DNA from: Alkalispirochaeta sp.
Lineage (GTDB): Bacteria > Spirochaetota > Spirochaetia > DSM-27196 > Alkalispirochaetaceae
Assembly (NCBI GenBank): GCA_965242725.1
Contig: CBDESZ010000016.1
Location: 96,001-160,000, forward strand
Direction of reading: 5' to 3'
Length of the DNA: 64,000 bases
Below are positions 8,604 to 19,061 of this stretch, piece after piece. Position 1 is the stretch's first letter. Each line of letters opens with the position of its first letter. The notes under the pieces were generated by a model that saw only the letters and a list, made by a program, of their open reading frames with translations, searched no databases and was not told where the DNA came from. The translations under genes and the position numbers were made by a program.

Positions 8604-9935
8604 ATGCGCAGGGGAATGGTCCTGATATGTCTGCTTCTGTTCCCGGCTTCAACATGGACACAGAATGTCGATGTATACGGTCTCTACGGGTTCGATTCGG
8701 CGGTCATGGCGAATCGCTGGAATCCGCTGACCCTCTACATCAGCAACCTCCCTGCCCTTCCTGAACTAGCCGTTACCGTATCGGCAACGATCGACCCCGT
8801 CGCCCGCCCCGACCGGACCGTCTACTCCGTCGTCAATACCGTCTATCCGTCGTCGGACGGTACCGCAACGGTTCGAACGATCGTCCCGGTAGGACGTTTT
8901 CCCCTGCCGGTGGAGGTTTCGGCTCTGGATTCCCGATGGACCGTCAACCCTGCACAGTGGAACGCACCGGAGCGCCTGGTGGTGGCCATCACCGATCCGG
9001 ACACGCCGTTTTCGCCCTTTCCCGGTGCAGACGGGAACGAGACGGCGCGCCCCGTCATGGAAACACTCCCGGACCATCCCCTCGGGTATGACGCCGCCGA
9101 CGCACTCATCGTGTGGGCGACTCATTTTGAGCGGGCGACGGCCGCCCAGATACGCGCTCTGACCCACGCCGTTGAATGGGAGACCACCGTTCCCGTTCCC
9201 ATCGTCGGCGCTCGCAGAAACGATACCGACGCCATCGGCAATATTCTTCTCTCCCAGCCGGTCTACCGGTTCCCGTCTCGGTGGATACTGCTGGTCGTTC
9301 TCGGCACCTATCTGGGTGCGCTGGCGGTACTCGGCAGGTCCGGTTCGGTCCTCACCTTTACGGCTATGCCCCTGGGACTGTCCCTCCTCTTCCTCGTGGT
9401 CTATGCGGTGGTGGACCCGCCGCCGGCGGAGGTACATGTTGAGGTGCAGCGTGTCGAAGGCGTGGCCGGTGAATCGGGGGCCCTCCTCGTGCGGGACGTG
9501 CTTGCCATGTCGATACACGGAAACAGCCGTGAAGTCGCGATACCTCCGGAGTCGGTCCTGTTGCCCCGTCCAGGCGAACAGGTAACCGTGACCGGCGACA
9601 GGTACATCCCGACTGCCGGCCGCTGGAGCAGCGATCACTTTTCAACTGCGGAGATCATTCCCAACCCGTACGGATCGACCCCGGAACGGAGAGGCGGTAT
9701 CACCGTGCGAATCGACCCCGCGGGCATCCACTATCTCAACGCCGCCGACGAGGGAAAGGACGCCGCGGCAGACCGTATTTTCAGATACTTCCTTGGAGAA
9801 TACGGGAATGAAGGCGCCGGCGCAGTGGAGGTGGTCGTCTCCGACGGGGTGGTAGATCCGCTGGCAACGACACCGCCCGCCGATCGCGTCGGTGTTCGAT
9901 CGGTGTCGGTATTTCACCTGGAGACGGAAGGATGA
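8604..9935 (+). CDS. Hypothetical membrane protein, first gene of MoxR operon
   Basis: Signal peptide, 'LPDHPLGYDAADALIV' segment, two TM helices; overlaps next start. Confidence 0.65.
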   Translation: MRRGMVLICLLLFPASTWTQNVDVYGLYGFDSAVMANRWNPLTLYISNLPALPELAVTVSATIDPVARPDRTVYSVVNTVYPSSDGTATVRTIVPVGRFPLPVEVSALDSRWTVNPAQWNAPERLVVAITDPDTPFSPFPGADGNETARPVMETLPDHPLGYDAADALIVWATHFERATAAQIRALTHAVEWETTVPVPIVGARRNDTDAIGNILLSQPVYRFPSRWILLVVLGTYLGALAVLGRSGSVLTFTAMPLGLSLLFLVVYAVVDPPPAEVHVEVQRVEGVAGESGALLVRDVLAMSIHGNSREVAIPPESVLLPRPGEQVTVTGDRYIPTAGRWSSDHFSTAEIIPNPYGSTPERRGGITVRIDPAGIHYLNAADEGKDAAADRIFRYFLGEYGNEGAGAVEVVVSDGVVDPLATTPPADRVGVRSVSVFHLETEG

Positions 9936-10507
9936 GGAAAAAAGCTGCGGGAGGTATGGTCTTCTTCTCCTCGGTGACGATGTTCATCACCCTCCTCATC
10001 TGGCCGACGGAGAGCTATGCCCAGCTCGTGCGGTACGGCACAATTCCGTCCCTCTTTACCACCCTGCCCTACCTGCTGAGCTTTGCCACGCTGATATCGG
10101 CGTTTTACACCGGTCTCTATCGCACACCCCGGTCAATCTTTTTACAGGCCCTCCCCGCCGCCTCGGTGGGACTGCCTGTATTGACCATGGGTGCAATCAT
10201 CTCCCACCTGCCCCCCTCTTCCGGTTTGGCGGTTGTACTGTATCTCTACGCCCTCGCCCTCGTAGCCTTTGACCTTGGCGCCATGTGGTCCCGCCTGAAA
10301 GCCGTTCCGACGCTCCTGCGGATCGGTGTGTGGGGTGCGGCGATTCTCCTCCTCGTTGGCTTCCTCCGTTATGCGCCCGCCTTCCTTCCGGCCCGTGTCA
10401 TGACCGCCGTGCTGGAAGGGGGAACATCTATCCGTCTCTTTGTGACGATAGCCGCATCGGTTCCCTTCACCTTTGTGACCATGGGGGTTCTCCGTGTTTC
10501 CAGATAG
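9932..10507 (+). CDS. Small integral membrane protein (ABC-2 permease-like)
   Basis: About 6 hydrophobic helices; ATGA coupling. Confidence 0.55.
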   Translation: MRKKAAGGMVFFSSVTMFITLLIWPTESYAQLVRYGTIPSLFTTLPYLLSFATLISAFYTGLYRTPRSIFLQALPAASVGLPVLTMGAIISHLPPSSGLAVVLYLYALALVAFDLGAMWSRLKAVPTLLRIGVWGAAILLLVGFLRYAPAFLPARVMTAVLEGGTSIRLFVTIAASVPFTFVTMGVLRVSR

Positions 10508-11909
10508 GATCGGGCGGAAACTGCGCCGGAGAAAAACCCTCATCCTGGCGATTTCCCGGATGGAAAGGCAGCTCTTCTACTTTCTCCTTCTGCTTTCCAT
10601 TCCATTGACCTTTCGATTCCATCCGAGAACGCCCACACTGATTACCCTCTGCATTCTCCTGCTCGGAGGAGCCGTTGCGGCGTTCCTGCGCAGTGCGCGG
10701 GAAACGCGGCGGATGAATCCCCTCGCCGATGCGGACCGCCTCTTTCGCGCCAACTCTCTCCTCACCACCGCGTGGGACGTGCGGGAGAGCGACGAGCGGC
10801 GCTATTCAGAATTGTCACGGCAGATCGTCCTGAACCGCGCCGCTCCCCTCCTGGGACGAATCAGGACGGAGCGGATATATCCCTACGAGCCCTCCCGTCA
10901 CCTTCGCCTCATGCCGCTGGCGCTCCTCTTTCTTGGCGGCGTGTGGCTCGCCACCATCGCCTTCGACACAAGCGGGCCCGCATGGAGCGGCTATTCGGAC
11001 GATGATCTTTCGCGCTACCGGAATCCGGCGCCGGAAAACCTGCCCGAGGAGGACCGGAGCGGGGCGGCCCTTGCAGATGAACTGACGCAACTTTCTGAGG
11101 CTCTCGAACGGCGACCCTCAGAGAAGGATCTAATGCGCGATCAGGGACTTGTCCTCCCCGATGATTCCATACGCAACCGCCGACTCGGTGCGACGGACCT
11201 TCTCAACCAGGACTCCGGAAGACCACTCGCCGAGGGAAATACCGCACCAGACGCGTCACTTCGGGAGACCCGGGAAGATGAAACACAACCGCTATCCGGA
11301 CTCGACTCCGGTGGAGTACCGACCGATCCTCCGACCGGCGACGGGGAAGACATGGGAACGCCCCGTTCCGACGGAACCGACCAGACACCCGGAGAAGAGA
11401 CTACCTCCCGGGATGGTCCGTCCGACGACGGTGCCCCCGGGGGCGGCACTGAGCGCACCTCGCCCGATGAGGACGCCACGGACGAGAACGGGACTCGTCG
11501 CTCCTCGGATACCGAGGAATCGGAAAAGGCGGCGACGAACGGTGAGGCCGGGGAGGAGAGCGATCAGGAGAGCGACAGTGAGAATGAGCCGGGCCTCGGA
11601 GAACCGGGAACCGACGCGATGCCTGACCTTCCCGATACCGGACCTCCCCGACCCCGGACGATGAATGACGCGATCCGGCAGGTCCTGGAACTGCCCCGGA
11701 TCGACGCGGACGGAGAGGTAACGGAGCTGCTCGCCTTGGAAACTGCCGGTGAGTCCAATGGTGCCGACCCGCAGTCAGGCACGCTCAATCCGGAGTTTGA
11801 ACGGCGATTACAGATGACCCTGAACCGCTCCGCGATCCCCCGGGAATTGCAGGAGTACGTGCGTAACTATTTTATCATTATCGCCCGACGGCAGGAGGAG
11901 GAGGAATGA
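10494..11909 (+). CDS. Membrane protein with long acidic low-complexity region (DUF4175-like MoxR-associated)
   Basis: N-terminal TMs, 'ADRLFRANSLLTTAW', D/E/G/T-rich middle, C-terminal 'IPRELQEYVRNYF'. Confidence 0.65.
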   Translation: MFPDRIGRKLRRRKTLILAISRMERQLFYFLLLLSIPLTFRFHPRTPTLITLCILLLGGAVAAFLRSARETRRMNPLADADRLFRANSLLTTAWDVRESDERRYSELSRQIVLNRAAPLLGRIRTERIYPYEPSRHLRLMPLALLFLGGVWLATIAFDTSGPAWSGYSDDDLSRYRNPAPENLPEEDRSGAALADELTQLSEALERRPSEKDLMRDQGLVLPDDSIRNRRLGATDLLNQDSGRPLAEGNTAPDASLRETREDETQPLSGLDSGGVPTDPPTGDGEDMGTPRSDGTDQTPGEETTSRDGPSDDGAPGGGTERTSPDEDATDENGTRRSSDTEESEKAATNGEAGEESDQESDSENEPGLGEPGTDAMPDLPDTGPPRPRTMNDAIRQVLELPRIDADGEVTELLALETAGESNGADPQSGTLNPEFERRLQMTLNRSAIPRELQEYVRNYFIIIARRQEEEE

Positions 11910-12913
11910 ACGAAAAAGTCCCGGCAGAACAATTGCTCGCGGAGCGGGGTCGCACCTATGCCTCCCGGATTCGTACCGCCCAGGCGCAGGTCCGTCGTGT
12001 CATGGTGGAGCAGGACGAACTCGTGGAGGATGTCTTTGCATGTCTTCTCACCGGCGGTCACGCCCTGCTGGAAGGCGTACCCGGCCTGGGAAAGACGCTC
12101 CTCATCAGAAGCATCGCACGGGTCGTGGACCTGAAGAACAGTCGCATTCAGTTTACCCCCGACCTCATGCCCGCCGACATCATCGGCACCGATACACTGG
12201 TACAGGACGAGCGGGGCGGTCAGGATATACGGTTCCGCCCGGGGCCCGTCTTCACCAACGTTCTTCTCGCCGACGAAATCAATCGGGCGACACCAAAGAC
12301 TCAATCGGCACTGCTGGAGGCGATGGAGGAGCGTTCGGTCACCACCGGCGGAAAGACGCACCGCCTCGAAGAACCGTTCATCGTCCTGGCTACACAGAAT
12401 CCCATCGAACTTGAAGGGACCTATCCCCTCCCGGAAGCGCAGCTTGACCGATTTTTCTTCAAATTGCACGTCCCCTTCCCGACGAGAAAAGGGATGCTCC
12501 AAATCCTTGCACGCACGACCGGCACCGCCGTCGAAACACCTGAAGGCGTCCTGTCCGGTGCCGATATCATTGAAATGAGGTCCTTTGTCAGGGGCATCAT
12601 TGCGGGAGAGACGCTTCTCAATTATGCGACAAGCCTCGTACTGGCGACGCACCCCGACGATCCCTCCGCCCCGGAGCAGGTCCGGGCGTATTTGCGCTAC
12701 GGGGCGAGCCCCCGGGCGGCACAGGCACTCATTCTGGCGGGCAAGGTCTACGCGTTTCTGGAAGGACGTTTTCACGTCTCGGCTGAAGATATCAAACGCG
12801 CCGCCCTGCCGGCGCTGAGGCACCGCATCGTTCCAGGCTTCCGCGCCGAGGCGGAAGGCATATCCGCAGATGCCGTCATCGAAGAAATTCTCAGAAAGGT
12901 ATCCCCTCCGTGA
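11906..12913 (+). CDS. moxR: MoxR family AAA+ ATPase
   Basis: 'LEGVPGLGKT', 'RIQFTPDLMPADIIG', 'LADEINRATPKTQSALLEAM', 'ATQNPIELEGTYPLPEAQLDRF'. Confidence 0.96.
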   Translation: MNEKVPAEQLLAERGRTYASRIRTAQAQVRRVMVEQDELVEDVFACLLTGGHALLEGVPGLGKTLLIRSIARVVDLKNSRIQFTPDLMPADIIGTDTLVQDERGGQDIRFRPGPVFTNVLLADEINRATPKTQSALLEAMEERSVTTGGKTHRLEEPFIVLATQNPIELEGTYPLPEAQLDRFFFKLHVPFPTRKGMLQILARTTGTAVETPEGVLSGADIIEMRSFVRGIIAGETLLNYATSLVLATHPDDPSAPEQVRAYLRYGASPRAAQALILAGKVYAFLEGRFHVSAEDIKRAALPALRHRIVPGFRAEAEGISADAVIEEILRKVSPP

Positions 12914-13779
12914 TCGACCGCACGCTCTTCAACGACGAGTTTTTTCATGCCCTCGGCGGTCTCTCTCTTCCCCGGCGCCTCCGCGGCGGCAGCGACGGAG
13001 GTATGCATGAAACCAACCGACTGGGCGAGAGTCTCGAGTTTGCGGAATTGCGCCCCTATCAGAGCGGCGACGACCTGCGACAGGTGGACTGGAACGCCTA
13101 TCGTCGATTCCAGCGGCTCCTCGTCCGCCGGTATCAGGCTGAACGCAGCCACGACGTCTATGTATTGATCGATGCGAGCGCGTCCATGGCGGTGCCGGCG
13201 CAACGATTCGACAGGAGCAGACAGATCGCCGGCGCCGTCGCGGTGCTTGCGTCTCGGCGACAGGATCGGGTCACCCTCATGAGTTTTTCGCACGTGGTGA
13301 ACAACCTTTTCATGCAGTCCCGTCGCGACCGGGGTGCACTGAAACTGCTGGAGCACCTGTCGGCAATGAAAACGGGAGGGGAAACCGATATCGCCGGATG
13401 TCTCACAACCGCGACGGATCACATCAGGAGAAATTCGCTGCTCGTTGTCATATCGGACTTTTTTTCCGTTCCGGAGGATATGGAGGCGGTCCTGGCCGTG
13501 CTTGAACGCCTCTCGGTACAGATGCTCTTTATTCGCGTCACGACGAGGGAAGAACGCAATCCCGACTTTCGCGGCGACGTTCTCCTTGAAGACAGTGAAA
13601 CGGGGCACATGCTTGAGACCCGCGGAAAGGAGCGCGCCCTCGCCCTCTATCGGAAGAACTTCCAGGCACATACTGACCTTCTCTCGCTCCATGCCGCATC
13701 CCATGGCGGACGGCTGGCCGACGTCGCCGCGGAGGATTCCCTCGGAACCATCATGAAGGAGGTTATCCATCCTGCATGA
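12910..13779 (+). CDS. DUF58 protein
   Basis: 'EFAELRPYQSGDDLRQVDWNAY', MIDAS 'DASASM', 'VVISDFF'. Confidence 0.92.
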   Translation: MIDRTLFNDEFFHALGGLSLPRRLRGGSDGGMHETNRLGESLEFAELRPYQSGDDLRQVDWNAYRRFQRLLVRRYQAERSHDVYVLIDASASMAVPAQRFDRSRQIAGAVAVLASRRQDRVTLMSFSHVVNNLFMQSRRDRGALKLLEHLSAMKTGGETDIAGCLTTATDHIRRNSLLVVISDFFSVPEDMEAVLAVLERLSVQMLFIRVTTREERNPDFRGDVLLEDSETGHMLETRGKERALALYRKNFQAHTDLLSLHAASHGGRLADVAAEDSLGTIMKEVIHPA

Positions 13780-15563
13780 TTCACTTTACCGCTCCTCAAT
13801 GGCTGTACCTTCTCTTCCTTCTGCCCCTGCTCATTCTCGCTCATCTGCTGTACCACAGGAGACGGCGGCTCATCGTTTCGTCACTACTCATCTGGCAACA
13901 ATCGTCGGACCGGATTCAAAGGTCCCTCGCATTTCGCCGCCTCCTGAATATCAATCTCCTTCTCCAGTCTCTGACCCTTGTTACGGCGGTCCTGGCATTG
14001 GCGCAACCGGAAGTACTACAGGGCGATCGTCGGGACGACCGGCCGGTGGTGCTCATCCTCGACAGAAGCGCCGGCATGGCGGTCAGGGAAGAGGAGGGCT
14101 CGCGGATGGATATCCTCCGGAAAAGCGTTTCGGAGATGCTTTCCCAATTGGAGAGCCGGCGGGAGACGACGGTCATTACCTGCGCCGCCCGGGCGGAGTT
14201 TATCGGACGCTTCACCTCGGACGATCGGGAGCTCCGCACAATCGTCTCACATCTGGAAGCAACGAATGAAACGTCAGACCTCGCCTCCGCCCTCGATCTT
14301 GCCCGGGAACTCTATCCGGACGGTGAAATTCATATATTTACCGACGGCGCCTGGGACGGCGGGGCCGTCGATATTGACCGGGGACTCGACCACCTGCACC
14401 TTCTGGGCACAGCCCGGGGAAACGCCGGTTTCGTTCACGCCTCGGCAACCCCACGGGGGAGCGGCACGGATTTTTTCGCCCTCATCGGGAGTTACGGACT
14501 GCCGGAGCTTCCCGCTACGGCGACGCTCTACGCAGGCGACACCATTGCGGGGAAAAAGACCGTGACATTGAAAGAGAATACGACCACGGAATTTCTTCTT
14601 TCGGTACCGGATGGAGCGGCCTCCGGCGACCGCTGGGTCCTTCAGCTCACGTCCCCCCGGGACAGTCTGGAAGCGGACAATCGTGCCTATCTCATTCCCG
14701 CCCAGCGCCGGCCCCTTCGCATCGCCTGGGCGGGCGATACAAATCCCTTTCTCGATTCGGTTCTGTCGGTCTATCCCGACAGCGACATGCGGCACTACCT
14801 GCAATATTCGCCTGCCGTCACGGCTGATCTCGTTATTCTGGACGGGCTCAGGGGCGCCACAGTTCCGGAGGGTCGACTGCTGGCGATAGATTCCACAATT
14901 GCGGGGGTTCATCCCCTGGCGCCGCACTATCTGTCTGAAGGAAGCTCCCTTGAGGCGGCGACGGATCATCCGATCGTCGCCGGTATCGATCTCGGCTCGG
15001 CGTATTTTGAACGGGTCTTTACCGTTCCACCCCGGGACGGCCTGAGACCACTCCTGTACCATAACGATTCCTACGCCGGATTTACCCTTGAAACGGAACG
15101 ACTCAAGGTGGTCTCCCTCAATTTCGACACCACCCGTACCAACCTGGTGCTGCAGAACGCCTTTCCCCTGCTCATACATAACGCCCTCTCCTGGCTGTCG
15201 GGCGACCTGTCACGAACGGAAGCGATCCGCACGGGAGAGACGATACATATAGATTCGATGCCCGGTGATGCGATTTCCGTGACAACTCCGCGGGGAGAAC
15301 GGTGGTCGCAAACGGCGTCGGGAACATCGACGGACTATACCGGGACGGAGACTGCCGGTATCTATTCGGTGGAACGCAACGGCCGTCCATGGTCGATTGC
15401 GGTCAACCTCTTCAGTCGGGATGAAACCAACACCCTTCCCCGGGTGCAGGCGACTCCCGTTGTCGGGAGGGCTCCGCGACAACGGACGCTCTGGCGAATC
15501 CTCACATTGGCGGCGATCGCTTTCCTCGCTGCCGATACACTGCTGTGGAGCAGAAAAGGGTGA
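13776..15563 (+). CDS. BatA N-terminal + vWA domain protein
   Basis: 'MIHFTAPQWLYLL...LALAQP', 'LILDRSAGM', 'IFTDG'. Confidence 0.87.
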   Translation: MIHFTAPQWLYLLFLLPLLILAHLLYHRRRRLIVSSLLIWQQSSDRIQRSLAFRRLLNINLLLQSLTLVTAVLALAQPEVLQGDRRDDRPVVLILDRSAGMAVREEEGSRMDILRKSVSEMLSQLESRRETTVITCAARAEFIGRFTSDDRELRTIVSHLEATNETSDLASALDLARELYPDGEIHIFTDGAWDGGAVDIDRGLDHLHLLGTARGNAGFVHASATPRGSGTDFFALIGSYGLPELPATATLYAGDTIAGKKTVTLKENTTTEFLLSVPDGAASGDRWVLQLTSPRDSLEADNRAYLIPAQRRPLRIAWAGDTNPFLDSVLSVYPDSDMRHYLQYSPAVTADLVILDGLRGATVPEGRLLAIDSTIAGVHPLAPHYLSEGSSLEAATDHPIVAGIDLGSAYFERVFTVPPRDGLRPLLYHNDSYAGFTLETERLKVVSLNFDTTRTNLVLQNAFPLLIHNALSWLSGDLSRTEAIRTGETIHIDSMPGDAISVTTPRGERWSQTASGTSTDYTGTETAGIYSVERNGRPWSIAVNLFSRDETNTLPRVQATPVVGRAPRQRTLWRILTLAAIAFLAADTLLWSRKG

Positions 15564-18070
15564 TCCGTCCCTTCTCCCTCGCCGTCAGATCAATATGCAT
15601 CGTTCTCGCCGTCGCAGCGCTTATGGAACCGGGCGGTCGAGCCGTTGATCACGGTATTCACACGGTCTATCTCCTGGACGGTTCCGCCTCCATGGAGCCG
15701 GACGTGCGTTCCGGAATGGTTGGGTTTGTAGCCACTTCCGTGGAAACGCTGGCTCCGCCCGATACGGCCTCCCTCATCTCTTTCAGCGCCTCCCCGGAAA
15801 TCCTCCAGGAACCGGTCTCCTCCTCGGGAGATATCAGACAAGCCCTTGAGCGGTGGTCCGACACTACGTCACGAGATACGTTCACCACCGGGAGAGGTTA
15901 TACCCGATACGGTCAGGCGCTCTCCCTGGCGGCGGCGCTCCTACCCGACACGGGGGACCGCCGGATCGTACTCCTGTCGGACGGACTTCCCACGGACATG
16001 GCCGCCGCGGGAGAAATACCGCCCCTCCCCGAAGACCTGCGGATCTCCACGGTGTTTGTCTCCTCCGATACACCCTTCCCGGAGGTGAGAATTGCCCGCC
16101 TCACCGCACCGCGCAGGGCGGCGCAGGGGGACTTATACGACCTCGCAGTCACCGTTGAAAGCAACTTCAGGACGTCGGTCATCCTGGAAATGGACCAGAA
16201 CGGTGTCCAACCGGTCAGAGACCGACTGGACCTCGTTCCGGGTATGCAGACCTTCACCTATCGGAGAACCGCCGGCACCTCCGATCCGGTAGAGGTTACC
16301 ATCAGTCCCGAACTGGACAGGCTGCCGGAGAACAACCGCTCGGAAATCCGAGTGCTCCTCCGGGAAGAACGTTCACTGCTGTACCTCCGACCCCGGAACG
16401 AGACGGGTCAAATGAATCCGCCGCCCCTGGCACAGGCGCTCTCCCTGCAGGGGTACGCGGTGACGGAGGGGAACCCGTCGGTGCTCACCGGAGGCGGCGG
16501 TACCCTGCTTGCCTACGAGCTCATCATCCTTGACGACATTCCCTCGACGGAGCTGCCCCTTCCGGCCCAGGCGATGCTGGACCGTTATGTACGCCAGGGT
16601 GGGGGGGTGATCGTCGTCGGCGGGCCCGACTCCTTTGGATCGGGAACCTATGCCCACACACCGGTGGAAGCGCTGATGCCCGTCAGCTTTGACATCACCT
16701 CACGACTGCAGATACCGTCACTTGCGATACTCTATCTGGTGGACAAATCGGGGAGCATGCGGGGAACCCGGCAGGGCATCAGCAAGCTCGATCTGGTGAA
16801 GGAGGCGGTTCTCTCATCGGTGGAGGTATTGCAGCCAAACCAGGTAGTCGCCCTGCTCTCCTTTGATGCCGACACGGAGTGGACAATCCCCTTCACCGCG
16901 GCATCACAGCGGGAACTGATCATCACCGATGTGGAGAAACTGTCTCCCGGGGGCGGTACCGAGCTCGCACAGGCGATGGAGACCGCCCTTGTCGCCATGG
17001 GTGAAATCGAAACGGCGGCCAGACACGTCATTCTCCTCTCCGACGGCCTCACCAGGGAGGCGGATTTTGACGAAATAGCGCAGCGGTTCCACGAGGAGGA
17101 GGTAACCGTTTCCGCAGTATCCATCGGATCGGAAGCGGACCGGGAACTCATGGAGCGCATCGCCCGCATCGGCGGCGGCCGCAGTTATCATGCGGAGGGC
17201 GTCGACGAGATTCCGCAGATCTTTGCCCGTGAGACAGGAATCGTGGCGCGAAACTCAGTGGTAACGGAGACCTTTTTTCCCGTGCCCGGTGACGACCCGA
17301 CAATTCTCTCGGGAATCGATCCTCTCGAATTTCCGCCGCTGGGGGGATTTGTCCTGACCTACCCGAAGGCGACCGCCCGGATAGTGCTTGAGGCACCAGG
17401 GGGCCAGCCTCTTCTCGCATGGTGGCAGTACGGAACGGGACAGGCGGCGGCATTTACCTCGGATATCAACGGCTTCTGGGGAAGCTCCTGGGCGGAGTGG
17501 TCCCGTCTCCCTCTGCTGGCGGGACAACTGGCGGACGCGACGGTTCGGACGACGGACAACCCCGGCGTCTCACTTACCGTCGACTCGACGGAGACAACGT
17601 TCACCGTATCCCTCTCCCTCCTGGACGAAACCGGAACGCCCCGGCACCCCGACGATCCCGTATCCCTCCATACGGTCCTCCCCAATCTCCGGGAAACGAC
17701 GGATGTGATGACACCGATCGGCCCGGGACGGCTGGAGCATACCCTGCCGATGGAAGTGCCGGGCACCTATCTCTTCACCGTCACCGAAGGGACGAACTAC
17801 CTCACATCCTTTTCCCACACCAACCCCTATTCCGGAGAGTTCTCGATGCGCTCGCCGAATCCTGCGATTCTCAAAGAGATCGCCCGCAAAGGGGGTGGGA
17901 TATCCGTGTCCATCGAAGAAGGCAGCTTTCCGGCTGAACGGCTTCCCCTTCTCTCCCGCCCCGTACCCGCCCGCCGAGCGTTATGGCCGTTGCTGTTGAC
18001 GGCGGCGGTGGTTCTCTTCGTCGTCGAGACGCTGATATCGGCGTTCTTTCTTCGAAGAACTAGGGAGTAA
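15560..18070 (+). CDS. Double vWA protein with glutamine amidotransferase-like domain
   Basis: MIDAS 'DGSASM' and 'DKSGSM', 'LLSDG' twice, 'GGGVIVVGGPDSFGSGTY', C-terminal TM. Confidence 0.87.
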   Translation: MIRPFSLAVRSICIVLAVAALMEPGGRAVDHGIHTVYLLDGSASMEPDVRSGMVGFVATSVETLAPPDTASLISFSASPEILQEPVSSSGDIRQALERWSDTTSRDTFTTGRGYTRYGQALSLAAALLPDTGDRRIVLLSDGLPTDMAAAGEIPPLPEDLRISTVFVSSDTPFPEVRIARLTAPRRAAQGDLYDLAVTVESNFRTSVILEMDQNGVQPVRDRLDLVPGMQTFTYRRTAGTSDPVEVTISPELDRLPENNRSEIRVLLREERSLLYLRPRNETGQMNPPPLAQALSLQGYAVTEGNPSVLTGGGGTLLAYELIILDDIPSTELPLPAQAMLDRYVRQGGGVIVVGGPDSFGSGTYAHTPVEALMPVSFDITSRLQIPSLAILYLVDKSGSMRGTRQGISKLDLVKEAVLSSVEVLQPNQVVALLSFDADTEWTIPFTAASQRELIITDVEKLSPGGGTELAQAMETALVAMGEIETAARHVILLSDGLTREADFDEIAQRFHEEEVTVSAVSIGSEADRELMERIARIGGGRSYHAEGVDEIPQIFARETGIVARNSVVTETFFPVPGDDPTILSGIDPLEFPPLGGFVLTYPKATARIVLEAPGGQPLLAWWQYGTGQAAAFTSDINGFWGSSWAEWSRLPLLAGQLADATVRTTDNPGVSLTVDSTETTFTVSLSLLDETGTPRHPDDPVSLHTVLPNLRETTDVMTPIGPGRLEHTLPMEVPGTYLFTVTEGTNYLTSFSHTNPYSGEFSMRSPNPAILKEIARKGGGISVSIEEGSFPAERLPLLSRPVPARRALWPLLLTAAVVLFVVETLISAFFLRRTRE

Positions 18071-18968
18071 GGGGCACCACCACCAACTTCTTGCTGATTC
18101 GCGGCGTTCCATATACAAACGCCGCAACTCCCTGGGCGGGATCCCATGAGATGTGATCTATATAGGATCCGGGGTTGCGATCAGTCAGGGGCGTCACCGT
18201 ACCCTCCGAGAGGTCCACGAGACGATCGTGAATGAGGAGATACCGATCATTCCGGCGCACGCTTCGCAGCAGCCGCTGGACCTCGGCATCGAGAAGCTCC
18301 TTCATTCCGAAGGTTGTCCGGGGAAGACTGAAACGGACGACCTCGGCGCCTCCGGCTCGGACAAAGACGAAAATCCTCCGTGTGTCCCCCTCCTCGCTGC
18401 CGGAAACGCGAAACTCCACCGATACGGGGCCGACGCCGGTCGGGGCCCCGGCCGGGGCCGGCACGGTGATCATCATCTGCCAGAACAGGGACCGTCCGTC
18501 GGAAGGGGTGCTCCAGAAAATCGGGCCGGGATCATCCTCCCCGGGCTCTTCAAAGCCCGCAGTTGCGGAACGGAAATCCGTAAGCACCGGAAAGAAAAGA
18601 AGCGCATCGTCACAGGTTTCCATCGCTCTCAGCGATGATGCGCCGCCGTCCGGAGCGGGAACAATGACCGTCCGGCTCACATCAGCTGCGGTGAGATGCG
18701 GATCATCCTCCCTCGTTCGGTCGACGTAAAAGAGCGCCGTCGCGCCGCCGGGAATCACCGCGGTTGCCACGAGGCGGTCGTTTTCAATCTCCATAGAGAC
18801 GGGCGTTCCCGCGGCCAGATCGGCGCGATCCATTTCCAGAGGTGACGTAAACTCAATGTATCGCTCGGGCTGAACAGTCCAGCACCCGGAAAGCACCATC
18901 AAGACGACGGCAAGCGTCGCCGCCGCGGCGTACCGCGTCCTGACTGATCTCATTCGAACATCGGTCAT
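18060..18968 (-). CDS. Hypothetical lipoprotein
   Basis: Lipobox-like 'VLSG-C' after hydrophobic stretch; TATAAT 8 nt upstream. Confidence 0.55.
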   Translation of the reverse strand: MTDVRMRSVRTRYAAAATLAVVLMVLSGCWTVQPERYIEFTSPLEMDRADLAAGTPVSMEIENDRLVATAVIPGGATALFYVDRTREDDPHLTAADVSRTVIVPAPDGGASSLRAMETCDDALLFFPVLTDFRSATAGFEEPGEDDPGPIFWSTPSDGRSLFWQMMITVPAPAGAPTGVGPVSVEFRVSGSEEGDTRRIFVFVRAGGAEVVRFSLPRTTFGMKELLDAEVQRLLRSVRRNDRYLLIHDRLVDLSEGTVTPLTDRNPGSYIDHISWDPAQGVAAFVYGTPRISKKLVVVPLTP

Positions 18969-19061
18969 GTATTGAAATTATACCGCCCACATCCCTGAAA
19001 TGACAGCGGTCGGAACTGCGGCACTGGAACCCATCGCCCCCTTGCCGCTATCATTGAACCC

